From NCBI GenBank assembly GCA_963762145.1, contig CAVXJS010000019.1, forward strand, positions 320,001-384,000: DNA of 64,000 nucleotides. The letters run 5' to 3'. The position numbers and the translations under genes were made by a program. The stretch comes from an uncultured Candidatus Rokubacteria bacterium. Lineage in GTDB: Bacteria > Methylomirabilota > Methylomirabilia > Rokubacteriales > CSP1-6. The notes under the pieces are model-generated. The model searched no databases and was not told the DNA's origin. It saw nothing but the letters and a program-made list of their open reading frames with translations. Shown piece by piece: positions 19,513-30,670 of this stretch (the first letter of the stretch is position 1; every line of letters starts with the position of its first letter).

Positions 19513-21107
19513 GCAAGCTCTGGAAGAGCGGCGAGCCGTTCATATGGCTCACGGGTGGGGCCCTGGCGGTCGCCCTGCTGATGGTGGCCGGCCTGGTCGG
19601 GCTGATCCTGTACAACGGCCTCGGCTTCTTCTGGCCGAGCAATGTCCTGCGCGCGAGCCTGGCCGACGGGAGCGTGATGACCGGCCAGCTTGCCGAGCGG
19701 GAGCCGGTGCCGGGGCAGGCGGGCGCCTACCGGATCAAGATGAAGGTGGGCAATCGCGACATCTACGGCGCCGACTTCCGGTGGGTGGACGAGAGCCAGA
19801 TCGGCAAGCGCGAGTATCCCGCGGACGTCGCGTTGATCGAGCGGACCGAATGGGGCGCGCTGATCGGGACGATCAAGCAGCTGCGCGACGGCGACCGCGT
19901 CCTCGCGACCGGCCCCCAGGCATGGGGCGAGCTCGAGCGGCGCCTTCCCGAGGTGACGCGGGTCCGGCGCGAGATCCGGCGGATCGAGACGCGCGAGATC
20001 GGCGGGATCAACTACCAGCAGGAGCAGGTCCGCCTCGGGCTGAAGGGGCTCGAGCTGAAGGGCATCACGTCCGGACCAGAAGTCGAGGCCCTGAAGGCCA
20101 AGCTCGCCCCGCTCCAGGAGCAGTACAAGGTGCAGGAAACGCGCCTGGCCGAGCTCCGGAAGAGCCAGACCGCGACCATCCTGGTCGAGGCCGACGGGGG
20201 GAAGGACAAGGAGTGGCCGCTGGCGCAGATCGTGGACGTCCGGTTTCCCAACACCATGGGCGTCGCCGCGAAGACGGTCTACTACGCGGGACGGATCTGG
20301 GAGTTCGTGTCGGACGAGCCCCGGGAGTCGAACACGGAGGGCGGCGTGTTTCCGGCCATCTTCGGCACCGTCATGATGGTCGTGATCATGAGCATCCTGG
20401 TCACTCCGCTGGGCGTGCTCGCCGCCTTCTACCTGCGGGAGTACGCCCGGCAAGGCCTGTTCGTGAGCGCGGTGCGTATCGCGGTCAACAACCTGGCCGG
20501 CGTGCCGTCCATCGTGTTCGGAGTGTTCGGGGTGGGGTTCTTCATCTATTTCGTCGGCGGCTCCATCGACCAGCTTTTCTATGCGGAGGCGCTCCCGACC
20601 CCGACCTATGGCACGGGCGGCATTCTCTGGGCGTCCTTGACACTGGCGCTCCTCACGGTGCCGGTGGTCATCGTGGCGACGGAGGAAGGGCTGGCCGCGA
20701 TCCCGCGCGGGACGCGGGAGGCCTCACTGGCGCTCTCGGCCACGAAGCTCGAGACGACCCTGCGGGTGGTCTTGCCCGCGGTGATGCCGTCCATCCTGAC
20801 CGGGCTCATCCTGGCCATGGCCCGCGCCGCGGGTGAGGTTGCCCCGCTCATGATCACTGGCGTGGTGAAGCTGGCCCCTTCGCTGCCCTTGGACGGATAC
20901 TGGCCCTTCCTACATCTCGACCGGAAGTTCATGCATCTCGGGTTCCACATCTACGATGTCGGGTTTCAGTCCCCCAACGTGGACGCGGCGCGCCCGATGG
21001 TGTTCGCGACCACGCTGCTCCTGCTCCTGATCGTCGTGCTGCTGAACATCTTCGCCATCGGCATGCGCAACCGGCTCCGTCGCCGGTATGCGACGTCGGC
21101 CGTCTAG
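19509..21107 (+). CDS. pstA: Phosphate ABC permease PstA (extended form)
   Basis: [28 protein letters not shown] and [10 protein letters not shown]. Confidence 0.92.
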   Translation: MSKLWKSGEPFIWLTGGALAVALLMVAGLVGLILYNGLGFFWPSNVLRASLADGSVMTGQLAEREPVPGQAGAYRIKMKVGNRDIYGADFRWVDESQIGKREYPADVALIERTEWGALIGTIKQLRDGDRVLATGPQAWGELERRLPEVTRVRREIRRIETREIGGINYQQEQVRLGLKGLELKGITSGPEVEALKAKLAPLQEQYKVQETRLAELRKSQTATILVEADGGKDKEWPLAQIVDVRFPNTMGVAAKTVYYAGRIWEFVSDEPRESNTEGGVFPAIFGTVMMVVIMSILVTPLGVLAAFYLREYARQGLFVSAVRIAVNNLAGVPSIVFGVFGVGFFIYFVGGSIDQLFYAEALPTPTYGTGGILWASLTLALLTVPVVIVATEEGLAAIPRGTREASLALSATKLETTLRVVLPAVMPSILTGLILAMARAAGEVAPLMITGVVKLAPSLPLDGYWPFLHLDRKFMHLGFHIYDVGFQSPNVDAARPMVFATTLLLLLIVVLLNIFAIGMRNRLRRRYATSAV

Positions 21108-21129
21108 CCACCTGGCACGGAGGGAGAAC

Positions 21130-21954
<825 letters not shown>

Positions 21955-21969
21955 GCGAGGGAGGACGCG

Positions 21970-22627
21970 ATGCAACGGCACTTCCACGAGGAGCTGGAGG
22001 GCCTCAAGCAGACCCTGCTGGCGATGGGGGGACTGGTCGAGGACCAGATCCGCCGGGCCATGCGCGCGCTGCTCGAGCGCGACGACGTCATCGCCCAGGA
22101 CGTCATCGAGCGGGACCGCCAGGTCAACGCCTACGACGTCGAGGTGGACGAGCAGTGCGTGAATCTGCTCGCGCTGCACCAGCCGGCCGCGGGCGACCTG
22201 CGCTTCATCACCACCGCGATGAAGATCGTGACCGATCTGGAGCGCATCGGCGACCAGGCGGTCAACATCGCCCAGCGCGCGCTGGAGCTGAATCGGGAGC
22301 CCCAGCTCAAGCCCTACATCGATCTGCCGCGGATGGCGGACAGGGCGCAGCGCATGGTCAAGGAGAGCCTGGATGCCTTCGTGGCGCGGCGACACCGCCC
22401 TGGCCCGTCGGGTGTGCGCGGAGGACGCGGAGGTGGACGCCCTCAAGGAGCAGATCTTCCGGGAGCTCCTGACCTTCATGATGGAAGACCCCCGGACCGT
22501 CTCCCGCGCGATCCGGGTGATCCTGATCTCCCGGTTCATGGAGCGGGTGGCGGATCACGCCACCAACATCGCGGAGATGGTCATCTACCTGGTCGAGGGC
22601 AAGATGGTCCGGCACACGCTGGCCTGA
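21970..22627 (+). CDS. phoU: Phosphate signalling protein PhoU (frameshift near 22390)
   Basis: QPAAGDLR..DLERIGD in frame 21970; ERVADHATNIAE in frame 22373. Confidence 0.92.
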
Positions 22628-22652
22628 ATGGGGCGCCGTGTATACTGCTGAT

Positions 22653-23684
22653 GTGAGTCCGGATCGGCATTACCACCTCCAGTCCGAGGACGCCAACCGG
22701 CGAATCGACGCGCTGCTCGAGCAGCTCCGGGTGCCGGAGTCCACCTGGCCGCTCTACGCCGATCTCCTCACCACCGCGCTCAAGATGTACGAGGACGGCG
22801 CGGGCGTGGCGGACCTCCGGATCGCCAACGCGGCGTTCAAGGAGATCCGCTACGGGTTCAAGGTCTTCGCGCCGTGGCGCACCGTGCCGAAGATCACCGT
22901 GTTCGGCTCCGCCCGGACCCCGCGGGCCCACCCGATCTCCGAGCAGGCCTACGCCTTCAGCAAGCGGATCAGCGGCGCGGGCTGGATGGTCATCACCGGC
23001 GCGGGGGGCGGCGTCATGAGCTCGGCCCAGGAAGGCGCGGGCGCCGAGCGCTCGTTCGGGCTCAATATCCGGCTGCCGTTCGAGCAGGAAGCCAATCCCT
23101 GGATCGCGGACGACCCGAAGCTCGTCTCCTTCAAGTACTTCTTCACCCGCAAGCTCTTCCTGGTGCGCGAGGCCCACGCCATGGCGTTCCTGCCCGGCGG
23201 GTTCGGGACCGCCGACGAGGCGTTCGAGGCGCTGACCCTGATCCAGACCGGGAAGTCGCCGGTGCTGCCGCTCGTCATGCTGGACGAGCCGGGCGGGACC
23301 TACTGGAAGACCTTCGACGAGTTCATCCGGCGGGAGATGGTCGGGCGGGGCACGGTGTCGCCGAACGACCCCGAGCTCTACCGCGTCACCGACGACGTGG
23401 AGCAGGCCGCCGCGGAGGTCGAGGGGTTCTACAAGCTGTACCACTCGCAGCGCTACGTGCGCGACGCGCTCGTGCTCCGCATCCGACGCCCGATCGCTCC
23501 CGCCGCGCTCACCGAGCTCAACGCCCGCTTCGCGGACATCCTGAACGCGCCCGCCGCGCAGGCGATGGGACCGATTCCGGGGGAAGGCGACGAGCTGCCC
23601 GACCTGCCGAGGCTGGTGCTCCCCTTCAACCGCGCCGGCTTCTCCCGCCTTCGCAGCCTGCTGGACTTCGTGAACGCCAGCTAG
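22653..23684 (+). CDS. LOG family protein (nucleotide phosphoribohydrolase-like)
   Basis: VFGSAR, TGAGGGVM, FKYFFTRK and PGGFGTADE. Confidence 0.88.
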   Translation: MSPDRHYHLQSEDANRRIDALLEQLRVPESTWPLYADLLTTALKMYEDGAGVADLRIANAAFKEIRYGFKVFAPWRTVPKITVFGSARTPRAHPISEQAYAFSKRISGAGWMVITGAGGGVMSSAQEGAGAERSFGLNIRLPFEQEANPWIADDPKLVSFKYFFTRKLFLVREAHAMAFLPGGFGTADEAFEALTLIQTGKSPVLPLVMLDEPGGTYWKTFDEFIRREMVGRGTVSPNDPELYRVTDDVEQAAAEVEGFYKLYHSQRYVRDALVLRIRRPIAPAALTELNARFADILNAPAAQAMGPIPGEGDELPDLPRLVLPFNRAGFSRLRSLLDFVNAS

Positions 23685-23690
23685 CGCTCT

Positions 23691-23741
23691 CCCTCTCCCC
23701 GCTGGGGAGAGGGCAGGGTGAGGGGCTGCAGGGTGAGGGGG
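23691..23741. repeat. REP-like CCCTCTCCC..GGGAGAGGG palindrome, copy 1
   Basis: CCCTCTCCCC-gct-GGGGAGAGGG-CAGGGTGAGGGG with a duplicated tail; lies between convergent genes. Confidence 0.8.
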
Positions 23742-23930
23742 CTACTCCGCCTCGTCCCGCTCCTCGGTCGTCTGGCACGCGGTGCAGACCCACGTGCGGA
23801 GGAGGGTGACGCGCTGGGGATCACGCCGCAGCGTCCACGGCATGAGCTTCTTCGCGCCGCAGCGCGGGCATTTCTCGGTCGGCTGACCCGGCTGCACCTC
23901 GTGCGGGAGCCACGGGATCTTGGGCTTCAT
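23742..23930 (-). CDS. Small zinc-ribbon-like protein
   Basis: 62 aa with CPRC and CTAC; perfect TATAAT 7 nt before the ATG. Confidence 0.7.
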   Translation of the reverse strand: MKPKIPWLPHEVQPGQPTEKCPRCGAKKLMPWTLRRDPQRVTLLRTWVCTACQTTEERDEAE

Positions 23931-23958
23931 GCGCGGGATTATACGCTAAGCTCGGCCG

Positions 23959-24843
23959 GTGCCGACCGCCTACGTGGTCCTCCTCGTCTCCAACCTGATC
24001 TTCGCCACGGGCTACTCGGTCTCGCGCATCGTCCTGGAGGACATCGGACCGGCCACCCTGGCGATGGCGCGCCTGACGATCGGCTCGCTGATCCTGGTGC
24101 CCTGGGCCTGGCGGGGCATGGTCGCGGCCAAGCTCTCGCGCGAGGATCACTGGCGCCTGGCGCTCACCGGGGTGGTGGGCTTCACGGTGGCGTTCGCGCT
24201 CGGCAACTGGGGCCTGGCCCACTCGACGGCCAGCAACGCGGCGCTGCTGATCACGGTGGAGCCGGCCGCCCTGATCCTCCTCTCGCCGCTCGTGCTCGGC
24301 GAGCGCCTGTCGCGGCGCGAAGGCCTGGGCGCCGCGCTGGCCATCCTGGGCGCGGCGGTCATCGTGGTGAACGGCATCCCCGGCGTCACGCAGTCCCTGG
24401 CCCCCCACTGGCGCGGGGACATCGTCCTGATCCTCTCCGGCGGGGCCTACGCGGCATACTCGCTGATCGCCCGGCCCGTGCTCCTCCGCCACCCCGCGCT
24501 CGTGGTGACCGCCTACTCGGTCGTCTGGGGCGCGGCCGCGATGGTGCCGGTCGCCGTGCTGGAGTGGGCCACCGCGCCCCCGTCCACGTGGACGCCGCGG
24601 GCGGCCATCGGCGCCGTCTACCTGGGCGTGGTGATGACCGCGCTCGGCTACGCGGTCTGGAACTGGTGCCTGGAGCGCGTGGAGACGCCGCGCGTGGCCA
24701 TCTTCCTCAACATCCAGCCGCTGGGCGGCGCGCTGCTCGGGGTGTTGTGGCTCGGCGAGCAGATCACCGCGTTCACGGTGGCCGGCGGGCTCCTGATCCT
24801 GGCCGGGCTGCACCTGACGGTGAAAGCCCGCCGGAGAGGGTAG
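23959..24843 (+). CDS. EamA/DMT family transporter
   Basis: About 10 hydrophobic helices in two repeats; LGERL and QPL..ALLG..WLGE motifs. Confidence 0.9.
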   Translation: MPTAYVVLLVSNLIFATGYSVSRIVLEDIGPATLAMARLTIGSLILVPWAWRGMVAAKLSREDHWRLALTGVVGFTVAFALGNWGLAHSTASNAALLITVEPAALILLSPLVLGERLSRREGLGAALAILGAAVIVVNGIPGVTQSLAPHWRGDIVLILSGGAYAAYSLIARPVLLRHPALVVTAYSVVWGAAAMVPVAVLEWATAPPSTWTPRAAIGAVYLGVVMTALGYAVWNWCLERVETPRVAIFLNIQPLGGALLGVLWLGEQITAFTVAGGLLILAGLHLTVKARRRG

Positions 24844-24852
24844 AATACCGGC

Positions 24853-26577
24853 ATGCGGCGGGTGCGGGTGGGGCTGGCCCAGGTGAATCCGACGGTGGGC
24901 GCCATCGAGGCCAATGCGCGGCTGGTGATGGCGGGCATGGACCGGGCGCGCGCGCTGGGCTGCGACATCATCGCGTTCCCGGAGCTGGTGCTGACCGGGT
25001 ATCCGCCGGAGGACCTGCTGTTCAAGCCCGCCTTCATCGAGGCCAATCTCCGGGCGCTGGCCGACGTGGCGCGCGCGAGTCGCGGCATCACCGCGGTGGT
25101 CGGCTTCGTGGACAAGCGGGACGACATCTTCAACGCGGCCGCCATCCTCCACGACGGCGCGCAGGCCGGGACCTATCACAAGCAGTACCTGCCCAACTAC
25201 GGCGTCTTCGACGAGAACCGGTACTTCCAGTCGGGAACCGAGGCGCCGGTCTTCACGCTGGGCGAGACGGTCATCGCGGCGAACATCTGCGAGGACATCT
25301 GGTACCCGACCGGCCCGACCACGCTGCAGGCCCTGGGCGGCGCCGAGCTGGTGCTGAGCATCAACGCGTCGCCGTACCACGCGGGCAAGGGGCGCTTCCG
25401 CGAGAAGATGCTGGCCACCCGCGCCGCCGACGATCTCGTGTGCCTGGCCTTCGTCAACACGGTGGGCGGCCAGGACGAGCTGATCTTCGACGGCCAGTCG
25501 TTCATCTTCAACGAGAAGGGCGAGTGCGTGGCGCGGGGGAAGGCCTTCGAGGAAGACTTCATCGTCGCCGACCTCGATCTCGACGAGGTCTTCCGGGCCC
25601 GGCTCCACGACTCGCGGCGGCGCAAGGAGAAGCTGCGCGCCACCGCGGCCCAGTCGCGCCGCGTGGTGCTGCCCCCACGGCCCGCGCCGGAGCGTCCGAA
25701 GCTGCCGGTCCACGAGGTGCCGGTGCTGGAGCCGGTCGAGGAAATCTACCGCGCGCTCGTCCTCGGCACCCGCGACTACGTGACCAAGAACGGGTTCAGC
25801 CACGTGGCGCTCGGGCTCTCGGGCGGCATCGACTCCGCACTGGTGGCGGCCATCGCCTGCGACGCGCTCGGCGCCGCCAATGTCACCGGCGTGACCATGC
25901 CGTCGCAGTATTCGTCCGCGGGCACGCGGGGCGACGCGGCGCGGCTGGCCCGCAACCTCGGCATCGAGTTCCTGCGCCTGCCGATCACGCGGGTGCTGGC
26001 CACCTACAAGCGCGCCCTCGCCAAGCCCTTCAAGGGGCTCAAGGAGGACGTGACCGAGGAGAACCTGCAGGCGCGCATCCGCGGCAACTACCTCATGGCG
26101 CTCTCCAACAAGTTCGGGTGGCTGATCCTGACCACCGGCAACAAGAGCGAGATCGGGGTGGGCTACTCGACCCTCTACGGCGACATGGCGGGCGGCTTCG
26201 CGGTGATCAAGGACGTGCCGAAGACTCTGGTCTACCAGGTGGCCGAGCACGTCAACCAGAAGGCGGGGCGCGACGTCATCCCGCGGTCGATCTTCGACCG
26301 GGCCCCGTCCGCCGAGCTGCGACCCGACCAGACCGACCAGGACACGCTGCCGCCCTACGCGATGCTGGACGCGATCCTGGAGGCGTACGTGGAGGGCGAT
26401 CAGGGGGTGGCGGACATCGTGGCCCGCGGCTTCGACGCGACCACCGTCAAGCGCGTGATCGCCATGGTGGATCGCAACGAGTACAAGCGGCGCCAGGGCC
26501 CCATCGGGATCAAGATCACGCCGCGGGCCTTCGGCAAGGACTGGCGTCTACCCATCGTCAACCGCTTCCGCGAGTAG
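24853..26577 (+). CDS. nadE: Glutamine-dependent NAD+ synthetase
   Basis: Nitrilase domain (FPEL, LPNYGVFDE, ICEDIW) plus LGLSGGIDS, TTGNKSE, PSAEL and NEYKRRQ. Confidence 0.97.
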   Translation: MRRVRVGLAQVNPTVGAIEANARLVMAGMDRARALGCDIIAFPELVLTGYPPEDLLFKPAFIEANLRALADVARASRGITAVVGFVDKRDDIFNAAAILHDGAQAGTYHKQYLPNYGVFDENRYFQSGTEAPVFTLGETVIAANICEDIWYPTGPTTLQALGGAELVLSINASPYHAGKGRFREKMLATRAADDLVCLAFVNTVGGQDELIFDGQSFIFNEKGECVARGKAFEEDFIVADLDLDEVFRARLHDSRRRKEKLRATAAQSRRVVLPPRPAPERPKLPVHEVPVLEPVEEIYRALVLGTRDYVTKNGFSHVALGLSGGIDSALVAAIACDALGAANVTGVTMPSQYSSAGTRGDAARLARNLGIEFLRLPITRVLATYKRALAKPFKGLKEDVTEENLQARIRGNYLMALSNKFGWLILTTGNKSEIGVGYSTLYGDMAGGFAVIKDVPKTLVYQVAEHVNQKAGRDVIPRSIFDRAPSAELRPDQTDQDTLPPYAMLDAILEAYVEGDQGVADIVARGFDATTVKRVIAMVDRNEYKRRQGPIGIKITPRAFGKDWRLPIVNRFRE

Positions 26578-26605
26578 CCCCTGCTGCGATCGCTGGCCCA
26601 TTCGC

Positions 26606-26710
26606 TATGGCCTGATCCCGACCTGCCAGGCGGCGCACTTCGGGCGCGTCTACGCGGCCTACGGGGTGTCTGTGGGTCTTGCTGCTGTGGGGCTGGGCCG
26701 CGGATGCGTC
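26606..26710 (+). pseudogene. ynfA: Remnant of a YnfA/UPF0060 small membrane protein
   Basis: Translates YGLIPTCQAAHFGRVYAAYG, then after a frameshift LLWGWAAD; no start codon or N-terminal half. Confidence 0.7.
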
Positions 26711-26992
26711 GCGCGTACGGCACCGAGGACCGCTTAGCACAGTACCCGTACGAGTCGCCCGCCCGTAAGTCTGGCGCTAAGCCTCACGTCCTTTTTACAC
26801 GGTGGGCGCGGCGGTTCTACCGGAACTGGCTTGGCCCGTATCGCGCCGTGACATAAATAGACACGATTTCAGCCACTTGCGTCATCAGTATCCTCCGGCG
26901 CAGTAATTGCAAGTGGCCCGTCAACCCTGCCGCATCAGGGTCCGGCGTAAGGTGAATCGCTAGGTGAACGCAACGGGCATTCCCGAGGCGAA

Positions 26993-27823
26993 ATGATCTC
27001 CATCCGGACACCGATACGGTTGCAGATACCCAGCGCTTGTCTCGCGGCGGGAGCCGTCCTCTCGCGCATAGGGCGCTTGGCCTTCGCGCCATTGCCTCGG
27101 AAGAAGGCCGCGGCTGTGCGGGTGCGAAACAGGATCGCGCTGGCGCGCGCCCGGCTGGCGACGCCATCCCTATACGACTGCCAGGAGCCTTTGGTGTCGG
27201 TGTTGATCCCGACGTTCAACCGATCCAAACTGCTGGCCGAGCGATCCATCCCCTCGGCCCTACGGCAGACGTACCGCCGCATTGAGGTCGTCGTCGTGGG
27301 CGACGCATGCACGGACGATACTCCGGCCGTCGTGTCGCGGATCGGCGACCCGCGCATCCGGTTCGTCAACCTCCCTCACAAGGAGGTTCTGCCGGATGAT
27401 CCCGTGCACGCCTGGATGGTCGCTGGGACTCAACCGGCGAACTTCGCGCTCGGCCTCGCGCGAGGGCGCTGGGTGGCCTGGCTCGATGACGACGACGAGT
27501 TCTCCGATGACCACGTCGAGACGCTCCTGGGAGCGTGTCTCTCGCGACGACTCGAGTTCGCGTACGGCATCATGGACTTCGAGGTCGGCTCCGGCCGCTG
27601 GCAGGAAGTGGGTGAGTTTCCTCCCCGTTGCGGCGGGATCAGCAACGCCTCGGTACTCTATTCGTCGTATCTGTCGTTTCTCCGCTACGACCCGGAGGCG
27701 TGGCGAATGGAGGAGCCCGGGGACTGGAATCTCTGGAGGCGAATGTGGGAGGCCCGGGTTCGGATGGGCTTCGTGGCGCGCGTAGTCGGCCGCCATTTCA
27801 ACACCTCGAACCGGAGCAGCTAG
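26993..27823 (+). CDS. Glycosyltransferase family 2
   Basis: LVSVLIPTFNR, SALRQTY and WLDDDD. Confidence 0.88.
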   Translation: MISIRTPIRLQIPSACLAAGAVLSRIGRLAFAPLPRKKAAAVRVRNRIALARARLATPSLYDCQEPLVSVLIPTFNRSKLLAERSIPSALRQTYRRIEVVVVGDACTDDTPAVVSRIGDPRIRFVNLPHKEVLPDDPVHAWMVAGTQPANFALGLARGRWVAWLDDDDEFSDDHVETLLGACLSRRLEFAYGIMDFEVGSGRWQEVGEFPPRCGGISNASVLYSSYLSFLRYDPEAWRMEEPGDWNLWRRMWEARVRMGFVARVVGRHFNTSNRSS

Positions 27824-27835
27824 GGGCCCGCTGGT

Positions 27836-28793
27836 GTGAGCGGCTACGCCCACGAGACGTACGCGACCTCCTTCGCTGATCTCGGCATGCCTCGTCGCCT
27901 TCCGGAATGCGGCGGCTGGCTCATCGTGCGCGCGATCCCGGGAGAGGACACGGAGGTCTCCAGGGCTGCTGGATGCGATGGGCTGCTATCCCATGTTCTC
28001 GTGCTTGGATTGGACCGGCCTCACGTGCGACCTCGCCGCGGTTGGCCGCGACCTCATTAGCATCGCCATGGTGACGGACCCATTTGGCAATTACACCGAG
28101 CCGCAACTCCGCGACTGCTTCCCGGATCTCTTCCGGCCATTCAAGGACCATTTCGTCGTTGACCTGCGGCAGCCGCGATGTCGTCCAATGTCCGATCACC
28201 ATCGGCGAAACGTCGTGAAGGCACATCGCCACGTACAAGTAGAACGCTGCCAAGAGCCGGAGAGAGTTGCGGGTGTATGGGCCGAGCTCTACGAGGGGCT
28301 CATCGCTCGACACCACGTCCGCGGTTTGGCTGCGTTCTCACCCGCGGCACTGACGCGACAACTCCAGGTGCCGGGCGCCGTCGTGTTTCGCGCCGACGAC
28401 AGCGGTGCCACGATTGGGATTACCGTCTGGTATACGAACGCTCGGGCAGGATACTACCATCTCGGAGCGTATAGCGATGCCGGCTACAGGGCCGGAGCTT
28501 CCTTCGCCCTCTTTGACGAGGCACTGAAGTACTTCGCCGAGATCGGTCTCGATTGGCTCGATCTCGGCGCGGCTCCGGCCTCGACAGCGATGGTCGGCGA
28601 CGGGCTAAGTCGCTTCAAGCGCGGGTGGGCGACCGGCACGCGCCCGGTCTATCTGTGCGGACGGATCCTCGACCGCCCGACCTATGCCGCCCTGGCCGAA
28701 TCGAGAGGCGTCAGCGGGACGACCTATTTCCCGGCGTACCGAGACGGTGAGTACCGGTCGCTCGGTCTCCCCAGAGAGCGCTTGTCGCGATGA
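27836..28793 (+). CDS. GNAT/FemAB-like acyltransferase (frameshift about 27950-27975)
   Basis: N-terminus VSGYAH..GGWL; C-terminal part DAMGCYP..YYHLGAYS..LDLG..GLSRFKRGW. Confidence 0.7.
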
Positions 28794-29443
28794 GCGACAA
28801 GCCCTATACCGGGATCGTACGATTTGCCGAGGCCTGCTTCGATCACCACGGGGACAACTTTCGCGGCGTCGGTTGGACCAAGACCCAGGAGCAGACCGAC
28901 CGGCGCTATCGGGTCATGCTCGGCCTAATCAGGCCTGCCGGAGGACGTCCGGTCACCCTCCTCGACTTTGGTTGTGGCGCGTCGCACCTCTACGAGTACA
29001 TCCGCCGGCAGGGCCGCGACGACATCCACTACAGCGGGTTGGACGTCTCGGCTCGGTTCCTCGAGCTCTCACGACAGAAGTTCCCTGAGATCACCTACTA
29101 CGACGTCGACGTGCTCGACGACTACCGCGGGCTGCCCGACTTCGACTACATCGTCATGAACGGCGTCCTCTCGCTCAAGGCGGCGCTCACCCAGAACCAG
29201 ATGACCACGTATCTCGAAGCTCTGGTCGCGCGCGTGTGGGAGCGGGCGCGTCATGGAATCGCGTTCAACGTGATGTCCAAGTACGTCGACTGGGAGCGAG
29301 ACGACCTCTTTCACGTTCCAATGGAGATGTTGGGCCGCTTTCTGACCGCCCGTATCAGCCGCCACTTCGTGGTACGGCACGACTACGGGCTCTACGAGTA
29401 CACGGCCTACGTCTATCGTCATCCCGTGGACGTGTCGGAATGA
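28790..29443 (+). CDS. Class I SAM-dependent methyltransferase
   Basis: LLDFGCG, YSGLDVS, FDYIVMNG and RHDYGLYEYT. Confidence 0.88.
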   Translation: MSDKPYTGIVRFAEACFDHHGDNFRGVGWTKTQEQTDRRYRVMLGLIRPAGGRPVTLLDFGCGASHLYEYIRRQGRDDIHYSGLDVSARFLELSRQKFPEITYYDVDVLDDYRGLPDFDYIVMNGVLSLKAALTQNQMTTYLEALVARVWERARHGIAFNVMSKYVDWERDDLFHVPMEMLGRFLTARISRHFVVRHDYGLYEYTAYVYRHPVDVSE

Positions 29444-30654
29444 AGGTAGCTCTCGGAGATCTTGCGGTGCTCGGGGGCACCCCCGCGTTCAAGGAACCCC
29501 GCCATGTGGGGCGGCCGAACGTGCTCCGCCGAGAAGCCTTCATCGCGCGAATCGAGGGAATGTTTGAACGCGGGTGGCTAACCAACGACGGCCCGTATGT
29601 GCAGGAACTGGAGCGAGCCCTCGAACGACTCCTAGGAGTTGAGCACTGTTTGGTGGTGAGCAATGCCACGATCGGATTGGCGATCGCCGCGCGCGCCATC
29701 GGGCTGACCGGGGAAGTGATCGTGCCCGCCTTCACGTTCGCCGCCACGCCGCACGTACTGGAATGGCAGGGGATTACGCCGGTGTTTGCCGACGCCGATC
29801 CGACGACCCACAATCTCGATCCTGCGAGCGTGAAGCAGCTCATCACGAGCCGCACCACCGGGGTGCTGGGCGTACACGTGTGGGGGCGGCCGTGCGCGGT
29901 CGACGAGCTGACCGACCTCACCGACCGGTACGGGCTCGCTCTCTTGTTCGACGCCGGGCATGCGTTCGCGGCGTCGCACCGTGGTCGTATGCTGGGCAAT
30001 TTCGGTCGTGCCGAGGTCTTCAGCTTTCATGCGACCAAGTTTGTACATTCCTTCGAGGGCGGCGCTATCGCCACCAACGATACCGCGCTCGCCGCCCGGA
30101 TCGCACGGATGCGGAATTTTGGATTCGACGGAGAGGGTGAAGTCACTGACGTGGGTATTAATGGCAAGATGAACGAGGCGGCGGCGGCGATGGGATTGAC
30201 GTCGCTGGAGAGCCTGGAGCAGATCGTCGCGGTGAATCGCCACAACTACGAGATGTACCGGGCGCGGCTCAGTCGAGTTCCTGGCCTGCGCGTTGCTCAG
30301 TACAGTTCCTGCGAGCGGGCGAACTACCAGTACGTCGTGGCGGAAGTTGATGCGGGAGAGGTGGGCATCAGCCGGGACGTGCTCCTCAGGGCCTTGGTGG
30401 CTGAGGGCGTGCTCGCTCGGCGATACTTCTATCCGGGCTGCCACCGCATGGAGCCGTATCGCTCGATGGCGCGCTACCGCGGTGTCCGCCTTCCCGTGAC
30501 GGAGCGGCTGGCGGAGCGAGTGCTCTGCCTGCCCACCGGAATCGCGATGTCAGCGGGCGACATCGATGAGGTCTGCGACATCATCGAGATGTGCCTGGCT
30601 CACGGCCCGGAGCTTTCGATCCGCATTCGCGATCTGCCGCACCCGACGAAGTAG
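29440..30654 (+). CDS. DegT/DnrJ sugar aminotransferase (DesI/VioA-like)
   Basis: LAVLGG.PAF..HVGRPN, WLTNDGP, SFHATK (PLP lysine), GINGKM and RRYFYPGCH. Confidence 0.9.
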   Translation: MKVALGDLAVLGGTPAFKEPRHVGRPNVLRREAFIARIEGMFERGWLTNDGPYVQELERALERLLGVEHCLVVSNATIGLAIAARAIGLTGEVIVPAFTFAATPHVLEWQGITPVFADADPTTHNLDPASVKQLITSRTTGVLGVHVWGRPCAVDELTDLTDRYGLALLFDAGHAFAASHRGRMLGNFGRAEVFSFHATKFVHSFEGGAIATNDTALAARIARMRNFGFDGEGEVTDVGINGKMNEAAAAMGLTSLESLEQIVAVNRHNYEMYRARLSRVPGLRVAQYSSCERANYQYVVAEVDAGEVGISRDVLLRALVAEGVLARRYFYPGCHRMEPYRSMARYRGVRLPVTERLAERVLCLPTGIAMSAGDIDEVCDIIEMCLAHGPELSIRIRDLPHPTK

Positions 30655-30670
30655 CGACTGGCCGTCTGAC

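Noticed and set aside
26872-26917. 9-bp inverted repeat GCCACTTGC/GCAAGTGGC upstream of GT2, possible riboswitch or ncRNA
   Set aside because: No recognisable RNA family motif; too short to support a call without an Rfam search
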